A DNA stretch of 64,000 bases, from the IMG/VR virus record IMGVR_UViG_3300031994_004484; one strand, written 5' to 3'. Made by a program: the position numbers and the translations under genes. This DNA is from a virus (taxonomy: Duplodnaviria; Caudoviricetes). Below the pieces are notes generated by a model. It had not been told where the DNA came from. It worked only from the letters and a program-made list of their open reading frames with translations, and did not search any database. Positions 21,092-31,884 of the stretch are shown piece by piece; positions within the stretch are counted from its first letter, which is position 1; each line of letters opens with the position of its first letter.

Positions 21092-24000
21092 ATGGGCCGG
21101 TACAGCAAGTCATATAGTAATTTCATTCTAAGGAAAAAACATCAGAATGTAAACGAAGGTTTTTTGTTCGAACGCGATTGGGTGACAATCGGAAACGTGC
21201 ATCGTTTGGAACCGGGTAAAAAACCCTATTTTGGTGATGCCGGTTTTATTTTCACCGACAACAGTATTCCGTTTTTCAAAAAGAAACATGATTATGGGAA
21301 ATGGGTGGCACACTTTGTCTACGACGATGTTAAGGATGCAAGCAATCAAATCAACGAGGTCATCCTTAATATGGATAGCGACGATTTGCGTTCGTATGCA
21401 TATTACGGTTCAATGTCGGATTTAGTGAGAACATGTATTGAGGATATTGTAGCATACTTTCCCGGTTTATTGAGATTGAAGGACACCACTCTACAGATAA
21501 GTGATATAGACGGTTCGTTGGTTGACACGGGTTTTTATGAGATTGAGAACAACTTTGCTTTGGATTTACATACAGCGACTTCTTCACTTGTTGATTTTGA
21601 TAATATACTGAAATACTTAACCGCAAGCTATAACAGTTATGAGGTGACGTCATTCGACCCCAATGAAAATGTGACCGTTTCTTCTCCTGTTGTCAGTTAT
21701 GAAGTGATTAGTCTTATAGAAGAGATATTGAAAACCACAAAATATCATGACGAAGGCTATGATTTTCTCTATTATAAAGGAGTCTTGTATAAATGGAATA
21801 ATCCCGCACAAGAATTTGAGGAGGTCAAATACTCGAATGATTGTACAAATTATTTTGTTAAGTGTGACGAATATATCAGATACGGAGACGAATATTACGA
21901 ATGGAGCGACGAATACGGTCACTATGTTCCGCTGACGAATGTTTATGAATTATGCGATGATGACAATCAGAACCTGTTTAAGATAACGATAGGAACAGAG
22001 GATGAAAATCATTACACAATACGAATGTATGTTGTTAACGGTGCAGAGGTATATTGTTTTGACGATGCACAGTCAACTGCCTCGTTTTTAACAATCCAAC
22101 CGAACAAGAACGTCATAGAAAATTATTTCAAATCTCTTACCGGTTTTGAAAGAAAACTTTTAACGAGGAAAAGCAAACCACTGTACACAAACACCTTTAA
22201 AGTTCCATACAAACTTCCGAGTGAGGCATATGCAATGGTTGATAGAATTTTCACATGGCCTTCGTTGGGTTATTGTATAGATGTTGTATCACCTTCATTT
22301 GTTTCATTTGTTAATTCACTAATGGATGCAGGGGAACTTTATGATGAACTGTATTCGGATTGTATATGGAGATGCATGACCCACGAGTCTATAAAGAATT
22401 TCGATTGGACATACAGGAGGGTATATAGTAACACTGACGAACAGGATAACATAGACGGCGGAAACCGGATGATGGAATTCCTTCATTTTTATGGAAGGGT
22501 ATATGATGAAGCAAAAATGTATATAGAAGGCATAAAGTCAACAAACAATGTTTCGTATGACGGAATGCTTAATGTTCCAGACGCTGAACTTTCTGACAAA
22601 AATACCGTTCACGGATGGGACGTTGTTTCAACAGTATGGGAACCTTACTATTACACCGAAATAGAGCTTGAAGATATTCCGGATGATGTTGAGGTTATTC
22701 CATTCCCATATTTGCCCGTTGATGCGAATAGCGAAAGTCCTGAATATATTTCAGTTAGATGTTATGAAGAAGATGATGACATTCTCTATTATCACCGTGA
22801 GTATAATGATCCTTCATTATTGTTCCTTACCGACGAATTTCTTAACAATGAGGATTATATAATAGGGAAGTACGATTCATGGATAACGCACAATCATAAT
22901 ATGGGTTATTGGAATATAGGTTGTGAGATACCTGAAGACGCAGAAGATCCCCCTGTCCCAATGGCTTCGGTTCCGCCTACAGCGACAGAGAACGATCCTG
23001 AGTACATAGAGGTTGACGGTTCGTATTACAGGAAAGGTTATCTTGTATACAATGAATTGTCAGGTGACCCTATGTATGGTCTAACCGCATATTGGAATGA
23101 GTCGAATACTCTTGATGCACTTCCGCAACTAATAACCAGTTATAGCCCGCAATATATCAGGCTATACAAAAACGGTTTTTACAGATATTACACCCTTTCA
23201 GACAACGGATTTAACAATAAGTTCTATACACACAGCCTTTGGTTTGATGCAAGAAATACAAACGCAACAACACCTGTAACAACCGATATAGAATTCCAAA
23301 GAAGACTATTTCTTTCAAACAATAGGATATTCAAGACAAAGGGAACAAGGGCCGCTATAGATATGGTCATGGGTATGTTTGGTTTAGGTAGTGATGGTGA
23401 AACTCCGGATTATACGATAACAGAACATTACAGGATAACACATCCGAAGAAAGGTGACGATATATTCTATTTTTACGAAGAAGTGTTATCAACACCACAA
23501 ACAGCGGTCTTAGTCCCGTCACTTGAAGAAGCTATTGCTGATATAGGGGAAGATTCTCCAAACTACATAAGGGTTGTAAACAACGGAGTAACACATTTAT
23601 ACCAAAAAAACAGTGAGTATACCTATGACGAAATGATTGTTGAATTGTCAAGACACAAACTGTCAGAAAGATTATACAATGATGAATATTCAGGAGTCCC
23701 TTTGAATAGTACAATTATAGGTAATGACAAGTACATAATACCATACCAAACAAACAGGAAGGTTTATGACGGATACTTGTATTACCAACAAAAAGGTGGG
23801 TGGGGAAAATGGTCTGACGACATGTCATTCACATATGACTATTCTGAAACAATACCATATCTTCATATGATGCCGAACATAGGCTCGCTTTTATCTGTTG
23901 TATCATTGGATTTGAGAAAGGACGATGTATATTATGTCTTTGATATAACAGATTATGTTGATTACGATGAGGATGTTCCGTATGATATGTCACATTTTTT

Positions 24001-25384
24001 TAAAATATCAGACATATACAATCCACAGTTCTTGGGTTCTTGGAAAAACATCCCTATGGAAGGAAGCATAGAATATGACACCGGTTATGACGAGAACGGA
24101 GTTACACATGACGACTATCTTCATGCAAAATACCTCAATTCCATAATACCGACAATATTATACAATAACCCGCACACAGGTAACGGTGAATATGACGGAG
24201 GCGAGAATTTCTTCTTATACATGCAACAACCGTACAAGTATGAGTTCGAAACTTATAATTTTGACGACGAGAAATATGTGGAAATCTCAAAGCAACTTTC
24301 ATTTTCGCTTGAAAGGATATCCTCGTTGGAATACGCTGATAAAGTTTACAATAATTTGGACACATATCATTATGAGATAGAAAATGATGTACTTGTCAGA
24401 AAAGACGAACCGGCGGAAACCGAAGACTATTACCTTAATGACAAATTCATCATATTAAGGAATGAGAATAACAACATTTTCCATAACAAATTTATGAAGG
24501 ATGTTGTTTTGAAATACGTCTTGCAGGTAATACCGTCAACAACAATATTGGTTTTGGAAAATTTCAACACAATACCGGATTCTGAAGTGATAAAACACCA
24601 TATACGCACTGTTCCGTGGATGGCTGATTACGGAACAACAAGTGGTGATGGAGATTATGTTGAAACAACATATGCCACAATCAGGGCAACCGAAAAAGAG
24701 GGATATCACTTTGTGGAGTGGATTAAGGAAGAAGGACAAGGAACAGTGTCAACAGACCCAGTGACAAGAGTTAGAGTCTGTGGCCCTCAGGCATATATTG
24801 CCGTTTTCCAAAAGGATTGCACAATAGAAGCATCATGCGAGACAGTGTGCAACATGTCAATATCATGTGAATCGGAAGAACCTTGTTCGGTTACATTGCT
24901 TTGTGAAACCGATGAACAGAAATGTGACATTTCAATAGACAATTGTGAAACCGTTCCTTCTCAAGACATGGCTGTTGTTGAGTTCAGGTTGAAGGTGAAC
25001 GGAGCTTCAAGTGCTGAAGAAGCAGCCGAAGTTTTGCATGACGTATGCATCTTTGACAATACGTGTGATGGTTATGATATGGCAATGAGCAATTCAAACC
25101 ATCAAATTTTGTTTGACCCGTCAACAAAGGAATGTGCTGTTACACTGTTCCCAACAACAGAGGACAATATATTAATTTCTTCACCTTATCTTACAGTGCC
25201 AAGAAAGAAAAGTTATAATGTCGGAGAGATAGTTTCGTTCTGTTGGGCAACTGTAAACAACACTAATTTCAGTGGATGGTCTGTTGAGAGTCAGGGCACA
25301 ACACAAACATACTCTTCAGGCTCCATAACAGTTAATATGCAGACCGGCACGACAAAAATAACAGCCATATTCAACAAAATGTAA
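21092..25384 (+). CDS. Large baseplate/tail protein (possible gp7/gpI-like wedge) with C-terminal InlB-B/Flg_new-like repeats
   Basis: IFKTKGTRAAIDMVMGMFG resembles the KGT motif of gpI/gp7-like wedge proteins; ATEKEGYHFVEW repeat; four tandem C-x5/6-C-E units. Confidence 0.6.
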   Translation: MGRYSKSYSNFILRKKHQNVNEGFLFERDWVTIGNVHRLEPGKKPYFGDAGFIFTDNSIPFFKKKHDYGKWVAHFVYDDVKDASNQINEVILNMDSDDLRSYAYYGSMSDLVRTCIEDIVAYFPGLLRLKDTTLQISDIDGSLVDTGFYEIENNFALDLHTATSSLVDFDNILKYLTASYNSYEVTSFDPNENVTVSSPVVSYEVISLIEEILKTTKYHDEGYDFLYYKGVLYKWNNPAQEFEEVKYSNDCTNYFVKCDEYIRYGDEYYEWSDEYGHYVPLTNVYELCDDDNQNLFKITIGTEDENHYTIRMYVVNGAEVYCFDDAQSTASFLTIQPNKNVIENYFKSLTGFERKLLTRKSKPLYTNTFKVPYKLPSEAYAMVDRIFTWPSLGYCIDVVSPSFVSFVNSLMDAGELYDELYSDCIWRCMTHESIKNFDWTYRRVYSNTDEQDNIDGGNRMMEFLHFYGRVYDEAKMYIEGIKSTNNVSYDGMLNVPDAELSDKNTVHGWDVVSTVWEPYYYTEIELEDIPDDVEVIPFPYLPVDANSESPEYISVRCYEEDDDILYYHREYNDPSLLFLTDEFLNNEDYIIGKYDSWITHNHNMGYWNIGCEIPEDAEDPPVPMASVPPTATENDPEYIEVDGSYYRKGYLVYNELSGDPMYGLTAYWNESNTLDALPQLITSYSPQYIRLYKNGFYRYYTLSDNGFNNKFYTHSLWFDARNTNATTPVTTDIEFQRRLFLSNNRIFKTKGTRAAIDMVMGMFGLGSDGETPDYTITEHYRITHPKKGDDIFYFYEEVLSTPQTAVLVPSLEEAIADIGEDSPNYIRVVNNGVTHLYQKNSEYTYDEMIVELSRHKLSERLYNDEYSGVPLNSTIIGNDKYIIPYQTNRKVYDGYLYYQQKGGWGKWSDDMSFTYDYSETIPYLHMMPNIGSLLSVVSLDLRKDDVYYVFDITDYVDYDEDVPYDMSHFFKISDIYNPQFLGSWKNIPMEGSIEYDTGYDENGVTHDDYLHAKYLNSIIPTILYNNPHTGNGEYDGGENFFLYMQQPYKYEFETYNFDDEKYVEISKQLSFSLERISSLEYADKVYNNLDTYHYEIENDVLVRKDEPAETEDYYLNDKFIILRNENNNIFHNKFMKDVVLKYVLQVIPSTTILVLENFNTIPDSEVIKHHIRTVPWMADYGTTSGDGDYVETTYATIRATEKEGYHFVEWIKEEGQGTVSTDPVTRVRVCGPQAYIAVFQKDCTIEASCETVCNMSISCESEEPCSVTLLCETDEQKCDISIDNCETVPSQDMAVVEFRLKVNGASSAEEAAEVLHDVCIFDNTCDGYDMAMSNSNHQILFDPSTKECAVTLFPTTEDNILISSPYLTVPRKKSYNVGEIVSFCWATVNNTNFSGWSVESQGTTQTYSSGSITVNMQTGTTKITAIFNKM
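24818..24952 (+). repeat. Four tandem protein-level C-x5/6-C-E repeats
   Basis: CTIEASCE, CNMSISCE, CSVTLLCE, CDISIDNCE. Confidence 0.8.
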
Positions 25385-25386
25385 AG

Positions 25387-28300
25387 ATGTCTAATTGTAT
25401 AGATAAATTGATTTGTGACAATTCAACTGGTTGTGATATCATAATAACCGACATCAATGGTAATCCAATTGATGCACGGTATCTCAACAGTGGTGACAAT
25501 ATATACATCTCCTTTACAAGGAGGGAAGGGTATATTTTCCATGGTTTTACATTTCAGCCGTATGAAGGGGAAGCAATTCCCGTTGAGGCCGTTGAAATGT
25601 CTGATGGGAGATATAGGACAACGGCACGATGTGACGGGACATATATAGCCAATTTTGAGGTTGAAACATACAATGTTTATGTCAATCCAAGGCCTGATGA
25701 CGGTTATCATGGAAAAACATATGGCACCGGTGTTTATGAATACGGTACATTGATAACAATATCTGCTGAGGAATACGCAGGATATCATTTTGTCGGTTGG
25801 TATATAAACAACCAACAGATATCTGACGAAAGCCAATATGAATATCTTGTCAAGGGTGAAGTTTACATTATAGGAAAATTCGATGCCGACAACTATAGTA
25901 TAGTAGCAAAACCGAATGACAGGACTTTGGGTCAAACAACAGGTTCGGGTATATATGGGTACAATTCAACAGCAACAATTGAAGCAATACCTTTTGAGGG
26001 TTCCCATTTCATAGAATGGGATAATGGATGGACCGATGCGCAAAAAGAGACGCTTGTTGTTCAAAACGCTATATATGTTGCCAAGTTTGCCAAATACAGA
26101 TGTTCGGTAAAAGTTAATGTGGTTTGTGATACGGGCACAAATTCAATAGAAGTTGTTACGGGTGATGAAACAGAATATGAAGAGACTGAAATCAACAATT
26201 TGCCAAAATCATCAGCGCAAGAAGTTGAGGTGAACGAAGAGCCAAAAGCACAACAGGCTCCGATACCGGTTCCAACTGTAAAATGTGGCATAATACTTGG
26301 TGAAGGCAGTTATGAATATGGGAGCACCGTGACCCTTACAGCATTTCCCGAAGAAGGTTATGTGTTCACTTCTTGGGATGACGGAATAAGCGAGCCAATA
26401 ACTGATTCCAACTATTCTTTCACAATAACCGAAGACATTGTTCTTACCGCTGTTTTCAGCACAAGAATGTGCAACCTAAAACTAAATGTTTCCCCAAAAA
26501 ATTCGGGCTTTATAAGCCTATCTGCTTCAAACGGAACATTCAACGGAGGATTGTTCCCATATGGCACTAAAATTCATGTTGAAGCCGTTCCGATTGGGAT
26601 TAATAAGTTTGAAAATTGGTCTGATGGTGATTTGTCAGCAAGCAAAACATTTGTAATGACAAATGATATAACTTCGGCGGCGTTTTTCGTAAAGAAAACA
26701 CCTAAGTACAAGCTAAAGATTAATTTTGACAGTATGGGTGGTTATGCCAAAATACTCAAAGGTATGACAGATGTAACCATGGCTTATAAGAATTATGTTT
26801 TTGCTAACGTTGAGGAAGGCACCGTTCTTACTGTGCAGGTAATAGCCAAAAGCAAACACAGAATTTCAGGGTGGGATGACGATATGGAAGAAACATCACC
26901 AATAAGGACTTTTGGAATGTGGGGCGATATCGAAAGAAGTGTTTATTTTGAGGAAATAATAACGCATGAGATATGTTTGAATGGTTCTGAATTATTTGAT
27001 TTCGAAAATGGAAACATACTTGTTACGTACGGCAATCAAAGTATAACCCTCACCAACAAATACCAAACTTCGTTTTTCGATGTTCCTGAAGGGGAGGAAT
27101 TGAGACTCGAATACATTCCAACAAACGAGGAATACGAGAAGATGTCGTGGTCAGACATCCAAATGGGAGATATGGAATATGAGATTGAGGGTAATGTAAT
27201 GATAGTGCGTGTGACAGAAGACGGCTCAGTAACACCGGCAACAATCCAAAACAGGGCAAAGATAGCGGTAAGAAACAACCCTTCGGATGTATTGAACGGA
27301 AAAATAGAATTTACTATAACACAGGACAACGGAGAAACCGAAACAATAACCCCGAGAGACGATACAAGGACAAGCCAATTGCTTGAAATCGAAGCAGAAA
27401 ATAACGGATATACAGTTTCAGTGACAACGCCTGAAATACCTGGGTACCATTTCAAGGGGATATTCAGTACAAACGGAAGCAATTCAAACGGTTCTGATGA
27501 AATACAGGGAGAATTGAATGGCAACACAACATATACATGCGTATATGATGAAGACGGTTGTTCGGCTTCGCTTGTTTTTGACATACAGGATTGTGCAACC
27601 GCGTCAGTTTCAGGCACAACAACAAAAGTTGATTCGTCTGTAGCAATAGCCCCGAAATCACAAATGTCTGTTGTTGGTGACACGGGATATTTTGTCACTG
27701 ATGTAATAGACAGACAGTCAGGAAATTCTGTTGGTGAAGGCGATTTTTATTATATTCCATACCCATTTACCGATAGCAACGGAATAGCGAGATATTACCG
27801 TAGCATTGATTTATCAAGAATACCGGAAGGTTCTACTATAGAAACCATATATGATGCAAAATATGTTTTAGGTCCAAACAGCCCGCAATACGTTAGATTG
27901 GTAAACCCGGGTTTGAAAGCAAGGTATGCGCAACTAAAATCAGTTAATGTTTCATTGCCCTCCATATATGACGCAACAAGAAACGACCTTTCCCAAAGCC
28001 AATTTTATGAAACTGTTTTATACGATGGCGGAAACATATGGGAAATACTTATAAATCCAACAAAGACAAGCCCGAATTTCATAATGGACAAGACGACGGG
28101 TTCTGCATTTGCGAAAATAAACAAAACCCTGTCATATACAGTGAATTGTGGTGAAGAATATCAGGTTTGTATAACGCAGACAAATTACACATATCCTGAT
28201 TTTGTGTGGTATCCCATATTCGCCATACCACCATATGTGCAAGAATACTCAATTTTGAGAGACAACCGTAATTATCTTAATATGGTGTATTTCACATACA

Positions 28301-28410
28301 ACAACCCGCCCGATGTTGCATCCGGAAACGGGTATCAATATGCACAGGCGGTAATAAACATGCAAAACGTAAGCCTTAAAATTATAAACATAAGAAATAA
28401 CGCACGATAA
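25387..28410 (+). CDS. Fibre/adhesin-like protein with multiple InlB-B/Flg_new-like repeats
   Basis: Repeats of G-x-G-x-Y-x-YG...A-x-P-x-x-GY-x-F-x-x-W...A-x-F. Confidence 0.75.
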   Translation: MSNCIDKLICDNSTGCDIIITDINGNPIDARYLNSGDNIYISFTRREGYIFHGFTFQPYEGEAIPVEAVEMSDGRYRTTARCDGTYIANFEVETYNVYVNPRPDDGYHGKTYGTGVYEYGTLITISAEEYAGYHFVGWYINNQQISDESQYEYLVKGEVYIIGKFDADNYSIVAKPNDRTLGQTTGSGIYGYNSTATIEAIPFEGSHFIEWDNGWTDAQKETLVVQNAIYVAKFAKYRCSVKVNVVCDTGTNSIEVVTGDETEYEETEINNLPKSSAQEVEVNEEPKAQQAPIPVPTVKCGIILGEGSYEYGSTVTLTAFPEEGYVFTSWDDGISEPITDSNYSFTITEDIVLTAVFSTRMCNLKLNVSPKNSGFISLSASNGTFNGGLFPYGTKIHVEAVPIGINKFENWSDGDLSASKTFVMTNDITSAAFFVKKTPKYKLKINFDSMGGYAKILKGMTDVTMAYKNYVFANVEEGTVLTVQVIAKSKHRISGWDDDMEETSPIRTFGMWGDIERSVYFEEIITHEICLNGSELFDFENGNILVTYGNQSITLTNKYQTSFFDVPEGEELRLEYIPTNEEYEKMSWSDIQMGDMEYEIEGNVMIVRVTEDGSVTPATIQNRAKIAVRNNPSDVLNGKIEFTITQDNGETETITPRDDTRTSQLLEIEAENNGYTVSVTTPEIPGYHFKGIFSTNGSNSNGSDEIQGELNGNTTYTCVYDEDGCSASLVFDIQDCATASVSGTTTKVDSSVAIAPKSQMSVVGDTGYFVTDVIDRQSGNSVGEGDFYYIPYPFTDSNGIARYYRSIDLSRIPEGSTIETIYDAKYVLGPNSPQYVRLVNPGLKARYAQLKSVNVSLPSIYDATRNDLSQSQFYETVLYDGGNIWEILINPTKTSPNFIMDKTTGSAFAKINKTLSYTVNCGEEYQVCITQTNYTYPDFVWYPIFAIPPYVQEYSILRDNRNYLNMVYFTYNNPPDVASGNGYQYAQAVINMQNVSLKIINIRNNAR

Positions 28411-28414
28411 TACA

Positions 28415-30919
28415 ATGGATTGCAGTTGGATTAAAATATATGATGCAGCCATAGGCGGAAACGAACTTGACCCTAATTCATTGACGCCCGGCCAGAACAA
28501 AATCTTTATAGACATAAGCGAGATGCCATCCGAATACGAGTTTCTCGGATGGAAGGATATATCCGGTAATGCAATAGGTGATGATGTGATATCACTTGTA
28601 AGCGGCGGCAGATATGCAACAACATCGCAATGCGGAAGCAATTTTGTCGCTTCGGTTAGAATGAAGGAGGAATCAGTATGTTCTCTTGTTGCGATACCGT
28701 TTGACTCTAAAATGGGTGACGTTACACCAACAGGAATCCAATACGGGTGCAACAAAACCGTCGAAATATCGGCAAGACCTAAATGTTGTTATGAGTTTGA
28801 TTCATGGAACGATTCCGAAGGTCCCGATGTTTTTAGTCCGGATAGGACTGTGACAATTTTGAGCGGTTCGGCAAGATATGTGGCATATTTTGATCCGATA
28901 AGATACAGCATACAGGTTTTTGCAAATAATGACACATGGGGCCGCGTAAACGGTCCTCAAAATGATGTTATATGTGAGGAAAACTTTATTATAGAAGCCA
29001 TACCGGAAGAGGGGTATGCTTTTGTCAAATGGGACGATGATAATACTAATGCAAGAAGAGAGATAACATTTGAATGTGATGGCAAAAGAGTTTATACGGC
29101 CACATTTGCCTCAGATAATGAATATGTTATAACTTATAATGCTAACTACGGAGCAAATCCGCAAACAATCGAACAAGGCTATTTCCAAGTAGGTGCACCT
29201 GTTAAGTTTATGAGTGGGTTTGAAAGGGAAAATTATGTGTTTCTCGGCTGGGGAAAGGAAAGTGATAGTGCGGAACCGGACCCTTCAATTATTCCCGGTG
29301 AAACAGGTACATATGATTGGGAAGAAAGTATAACATTATATGCCGTATGGAGGGAGAAGGACGAACATAAATTTATATATATATACGGTGGCGAAGAACA
29401 CCCATCTTCTAATGGTTATATGGAAGGTGCTGTTGTTGTATTAGACGAAGACCCATATCACGGCGAACTTGAGTATATTTTCCTTGGATGGCGTATGACA
29501 GAGGAGGAAAACGAAGTACCTTCCGAAGACGTTCCAATAATTGGCGCCGGAGGAAGATATACAATGGGCCGGCGCGACACATATGCATATGCGGTTTTGG
29601 CTGAAGACGACGGTAAAGTTTACAATACGCTCACCTATGTTTTCGGAGATGGTTTCGACAATCAGGTGATAGGCGGAATAGTTAATGGTGATTCCGTTAT
29701 ACTGCAAGATCCGATTGTTTTAGGCGTGGATTTTAACCGTGTTCATAAAAATTTTACAACATGGTATATTACTAACAGTTCATTGCCACATGACCCAGAC
29801 TCCCAACTTATTATAACCCAAGATACTGTTTTGACGGCTCAAACAGTAACACAAGAAACTTATGAAATTGAATTTTTAGAGAAATGTGATGATGAATCGC
29901 AAGGGCAAAGCCCCGCTTCAATTATCGGGTATCCTGATGAGATAGTAACTTTGCCCGACATGGCTTCATATATTTGCGGCGAAAACATTTTCAAAGGATG
30001 GTCCAAAGATGATGACGCAACATTTGCGACATACGGTCCCGGTACAAGTATAGCTATTCCCGGAGATATGACCCTTTATGGTATATGGGAAAAACCTTCC
30101 GAATTCAGTGTCTATTACATTGACAATTATAATTGTGGGATAACTGATACCAACACATATTCTGATGGTGACACTGTGATTGTAAAACCGTGCAATTGCA
30201 TGACGCAAGACGGATGTCATTGTACCGGATGGGTTGACGGGGACGGAAACGAATATGAAGGAAATGACACGTTCCAAATACATCACAATACAGTTCTTAA
30301 TGCCGTTTTTGACTGTTGCCTTGTCAGGTTCAGGACAATGGGTAGCGTTACAATAACAATAGACGGAACCGCCATAACAGACAATACCAAATTGAATATA
30401 GACGACAACACCGAGTTTGATGTTGAGGTTGGTGATAATCAGGTTTTCCTTGGTTGGTATGACGCAACCGACAGCGGTTATATATATCCGTGTGAAGAAC
30501 CGTCCGATTACAAATATGTTGTGGTTCCATACACATTAAGGCCTTCTTCAAGTGACATTACCACACTATCAAATGAGAGTTTCATACAGACAATAGAAGA
30601 CAACACACAAAAACTGAATTCATTTATAATGAATTCACAAACAGGCGAAATAAGACAGCGCGTTGGGGTTTGTAGCGGTTCTGAGGAATACAGCCTATCA
30701 TGCGGTTCAACAGTATTTGCCATCGCGATGCCATATGAATATACACAAACTGACGGAAACGACGGTAATACGTATGTGAAATACGATAGCAGGCCATATT
30801 CGGATTTTTACTCATACCTGAATTCAAATCCGACTTATGATAGTCTTCCGGCATTTGTTGAGGTTGTTATCGGCGGAATATCATGCTTTTACGTGGTTCA
30901 TATAGGAGGTATGTTATAG
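28415..30919 (+). CDS. Fibre/adhesin-like protein with Listeria-Bacteroides (Flg_new) repeats
   Basis: YVITYNAN...FLGW...TLYAVW and related repeats; N-terminal domain paralogous to those of 25387 and 55924. Confidence 0.75.
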   Translation: MDCSWIKIYDAAIGGNELDPNSLTPGQNKIFIDISEMPSEYEFLGWKDISGNAIGDDVISLVSGGRYATTSQCGSNFVASVRMKEESVCSLVAIPFDSKMGDVTPTGIQYGCNKTVEISARPKCCYEFDSWNDSEGPDVFSPDRTVTILSGSARYVAYFDPIRYSIQVFANNDTWGRVNGPQNDVICEENFIIEAIPEEGYAFVKWDDDNTNARREITFECDGKRVYTATFASDNEYVITYNANYGANPQTIEQGYFQVGAPVKFMSGFERENYVFLGWGKESDSAEPDPSIIPGETGTYDWEESITLYAVWREKDEHKFIYIYGGEEHPSSNGYMEGAVVVLDEDPYHGELEYIFLGWRMTEEENEVPSEDVPIIGAGGRYTMGRRDTYAYAVLAEDDGKVYNTLTYVFGDGFDNQVIGGIVNGDSVILQDPIVLGVDFNRVHKNFTTWYITNSSLPHDPDSQLIITQDTVLTAQTVTQETYEIEFLEKCDDESQGQSPASIIGYPDEIVTLPDMASYICGENIFKGWSKDDDATFATYGPGTSIAIPGDMTLYGIWEKPSEFSVYYIDNYNCGITDTNTYSDGDTVIVKPCNCMTQDGCHCTGWVDGDGNEYEGNDTFQIHHNTVLNAVFDCCLVRFRTMGSVTITIDGTAITDNTKLNIDDNTEFDVEVGDNQVFLGWYDATDSGYIYPCEEPSDYKYVVVPYTLRPSSSDITTLSNESFIQTIEDNTQKLNSFIMNSQTGEIRQRVGVCSGSEEYSLSCGSTVFAIAMPYEYTQTDGNDGNTYVKYDSRPYSDFYSYLNSNPTYDSLPAFVEVVIGGISCFYVVHIGGML

Positions 30920-31884
30920 TGGGACATAAGATAGGTTATATAATAGAAAGTGACGATGAAGTCAGGATGGAATACATAAGGGAGGAATACGAACCGTATT
31001 TCCAACCTGAATGGGTTAACGGTGTAAACAGTTTCAACAACACAGACGATGTTGACCCTAATAATGTAGACAGTCCTGACCTGATAAGGGTTTCTGAAGA
31101 TTCAGGATATGGATATTACTCAAAAACCCTCATAGTTCCGTGGAAGACAACGAATTTCAGGATATTGGTTGTAATAGACGGTGTTGAAGGCAACAACTCA
31201 TTCGTATATAGCGGATACAATACTTTCATAAAAACAAGAAGGGAAACCTCGAAGATATACTCCACAATAAAAGACAATAGGGACCATTCAAACCGAAGCG
31301 GCGCTATAACAATAACGCATTCTTCCGATGTGAATTCTACGGCCACACTGAAAATCCTCCAAGATGAATGTGATATAAGAATAGGTATGCTGTCATGTGT
31401 TGTAAACGACGGGGAAGAAATACCCATACCGCCGAATTTGTTTGAATATGAATTCGACACTCTGACCGAGATTTCCGACTGTAAAAAAGAGTCTATAAAA
31501 ATAAAGGTATTGGCGACAGGTGTTACGAATAGATTCTACATTAAAAGTATAAAGGAATATGTGGCCGTCGGCGAGATAGATAACACATACAAGTACATTG
31601 ACGGAAAGTTCTATAAAAGTTTCTTGAAATGGTCTAACGGCAATTATGTTACATATCGTGCAGAAGCTCTTGTTATAGACAACATAGGTTATCAACCAAA
31701 GAAATATGACAACGCATTCGCCATAAAAATAGGGACCGACAGCACAATCACCATAACAAACTATGGGCGCGTTTTTATGGAGCCGAACGCCACATACATA
31801 ATAACGTTGGCAAATTATGATGATATAGATGTCACTTGTGAGATAAGGTTGGTCTATAAAGAAAAACCGCTCAACTTGTTATAA
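30919..31884 (+). CDS. Putative structural protein (Ig/BACON-like segment)
   Basis: Likely GTG start overlapping the upstream TAG; NRDHSNRSGAITITH...LKILQ resembles BACON-type strands. Confidence 0.55.
   Translation: MGHKIGYIIESDDEVRMEYIREEYEPYFQPEWVNGVNSFNNTDDVDPNNVDSPDLIRVSEDSGYGYYSKTLIVPWKTTNFRILVVIDGVEGNNSFVYSGYNTFIKTRRETSKIYSTIKDNRDHSNRSGAITITHSSDVNSTATLKILQDECDIRIGMLSCVVNDGEEIPIPPNLFEYEFDTLTEISDCKKESIKIKVLATGVTNRFYIKSIKEYVAVGEIDNTYKYIDGKFYKSFLKWSNGNYVTYRAEALVIDNIGYQPKKYDNAFAIKIGTDSTITITNYGRVFMEPNATYIITLANYDDIDVTCEIRLVYKEKPLNLL

Noticed and set aside
27036-27698. 220-aa minus-strand ORF and similar antisense ORFs (42854-43558, 34665-35291, 47050-47577)
   Set aside because: They lie opposite well-supported genes, have mirror-like composition and show no motifs.
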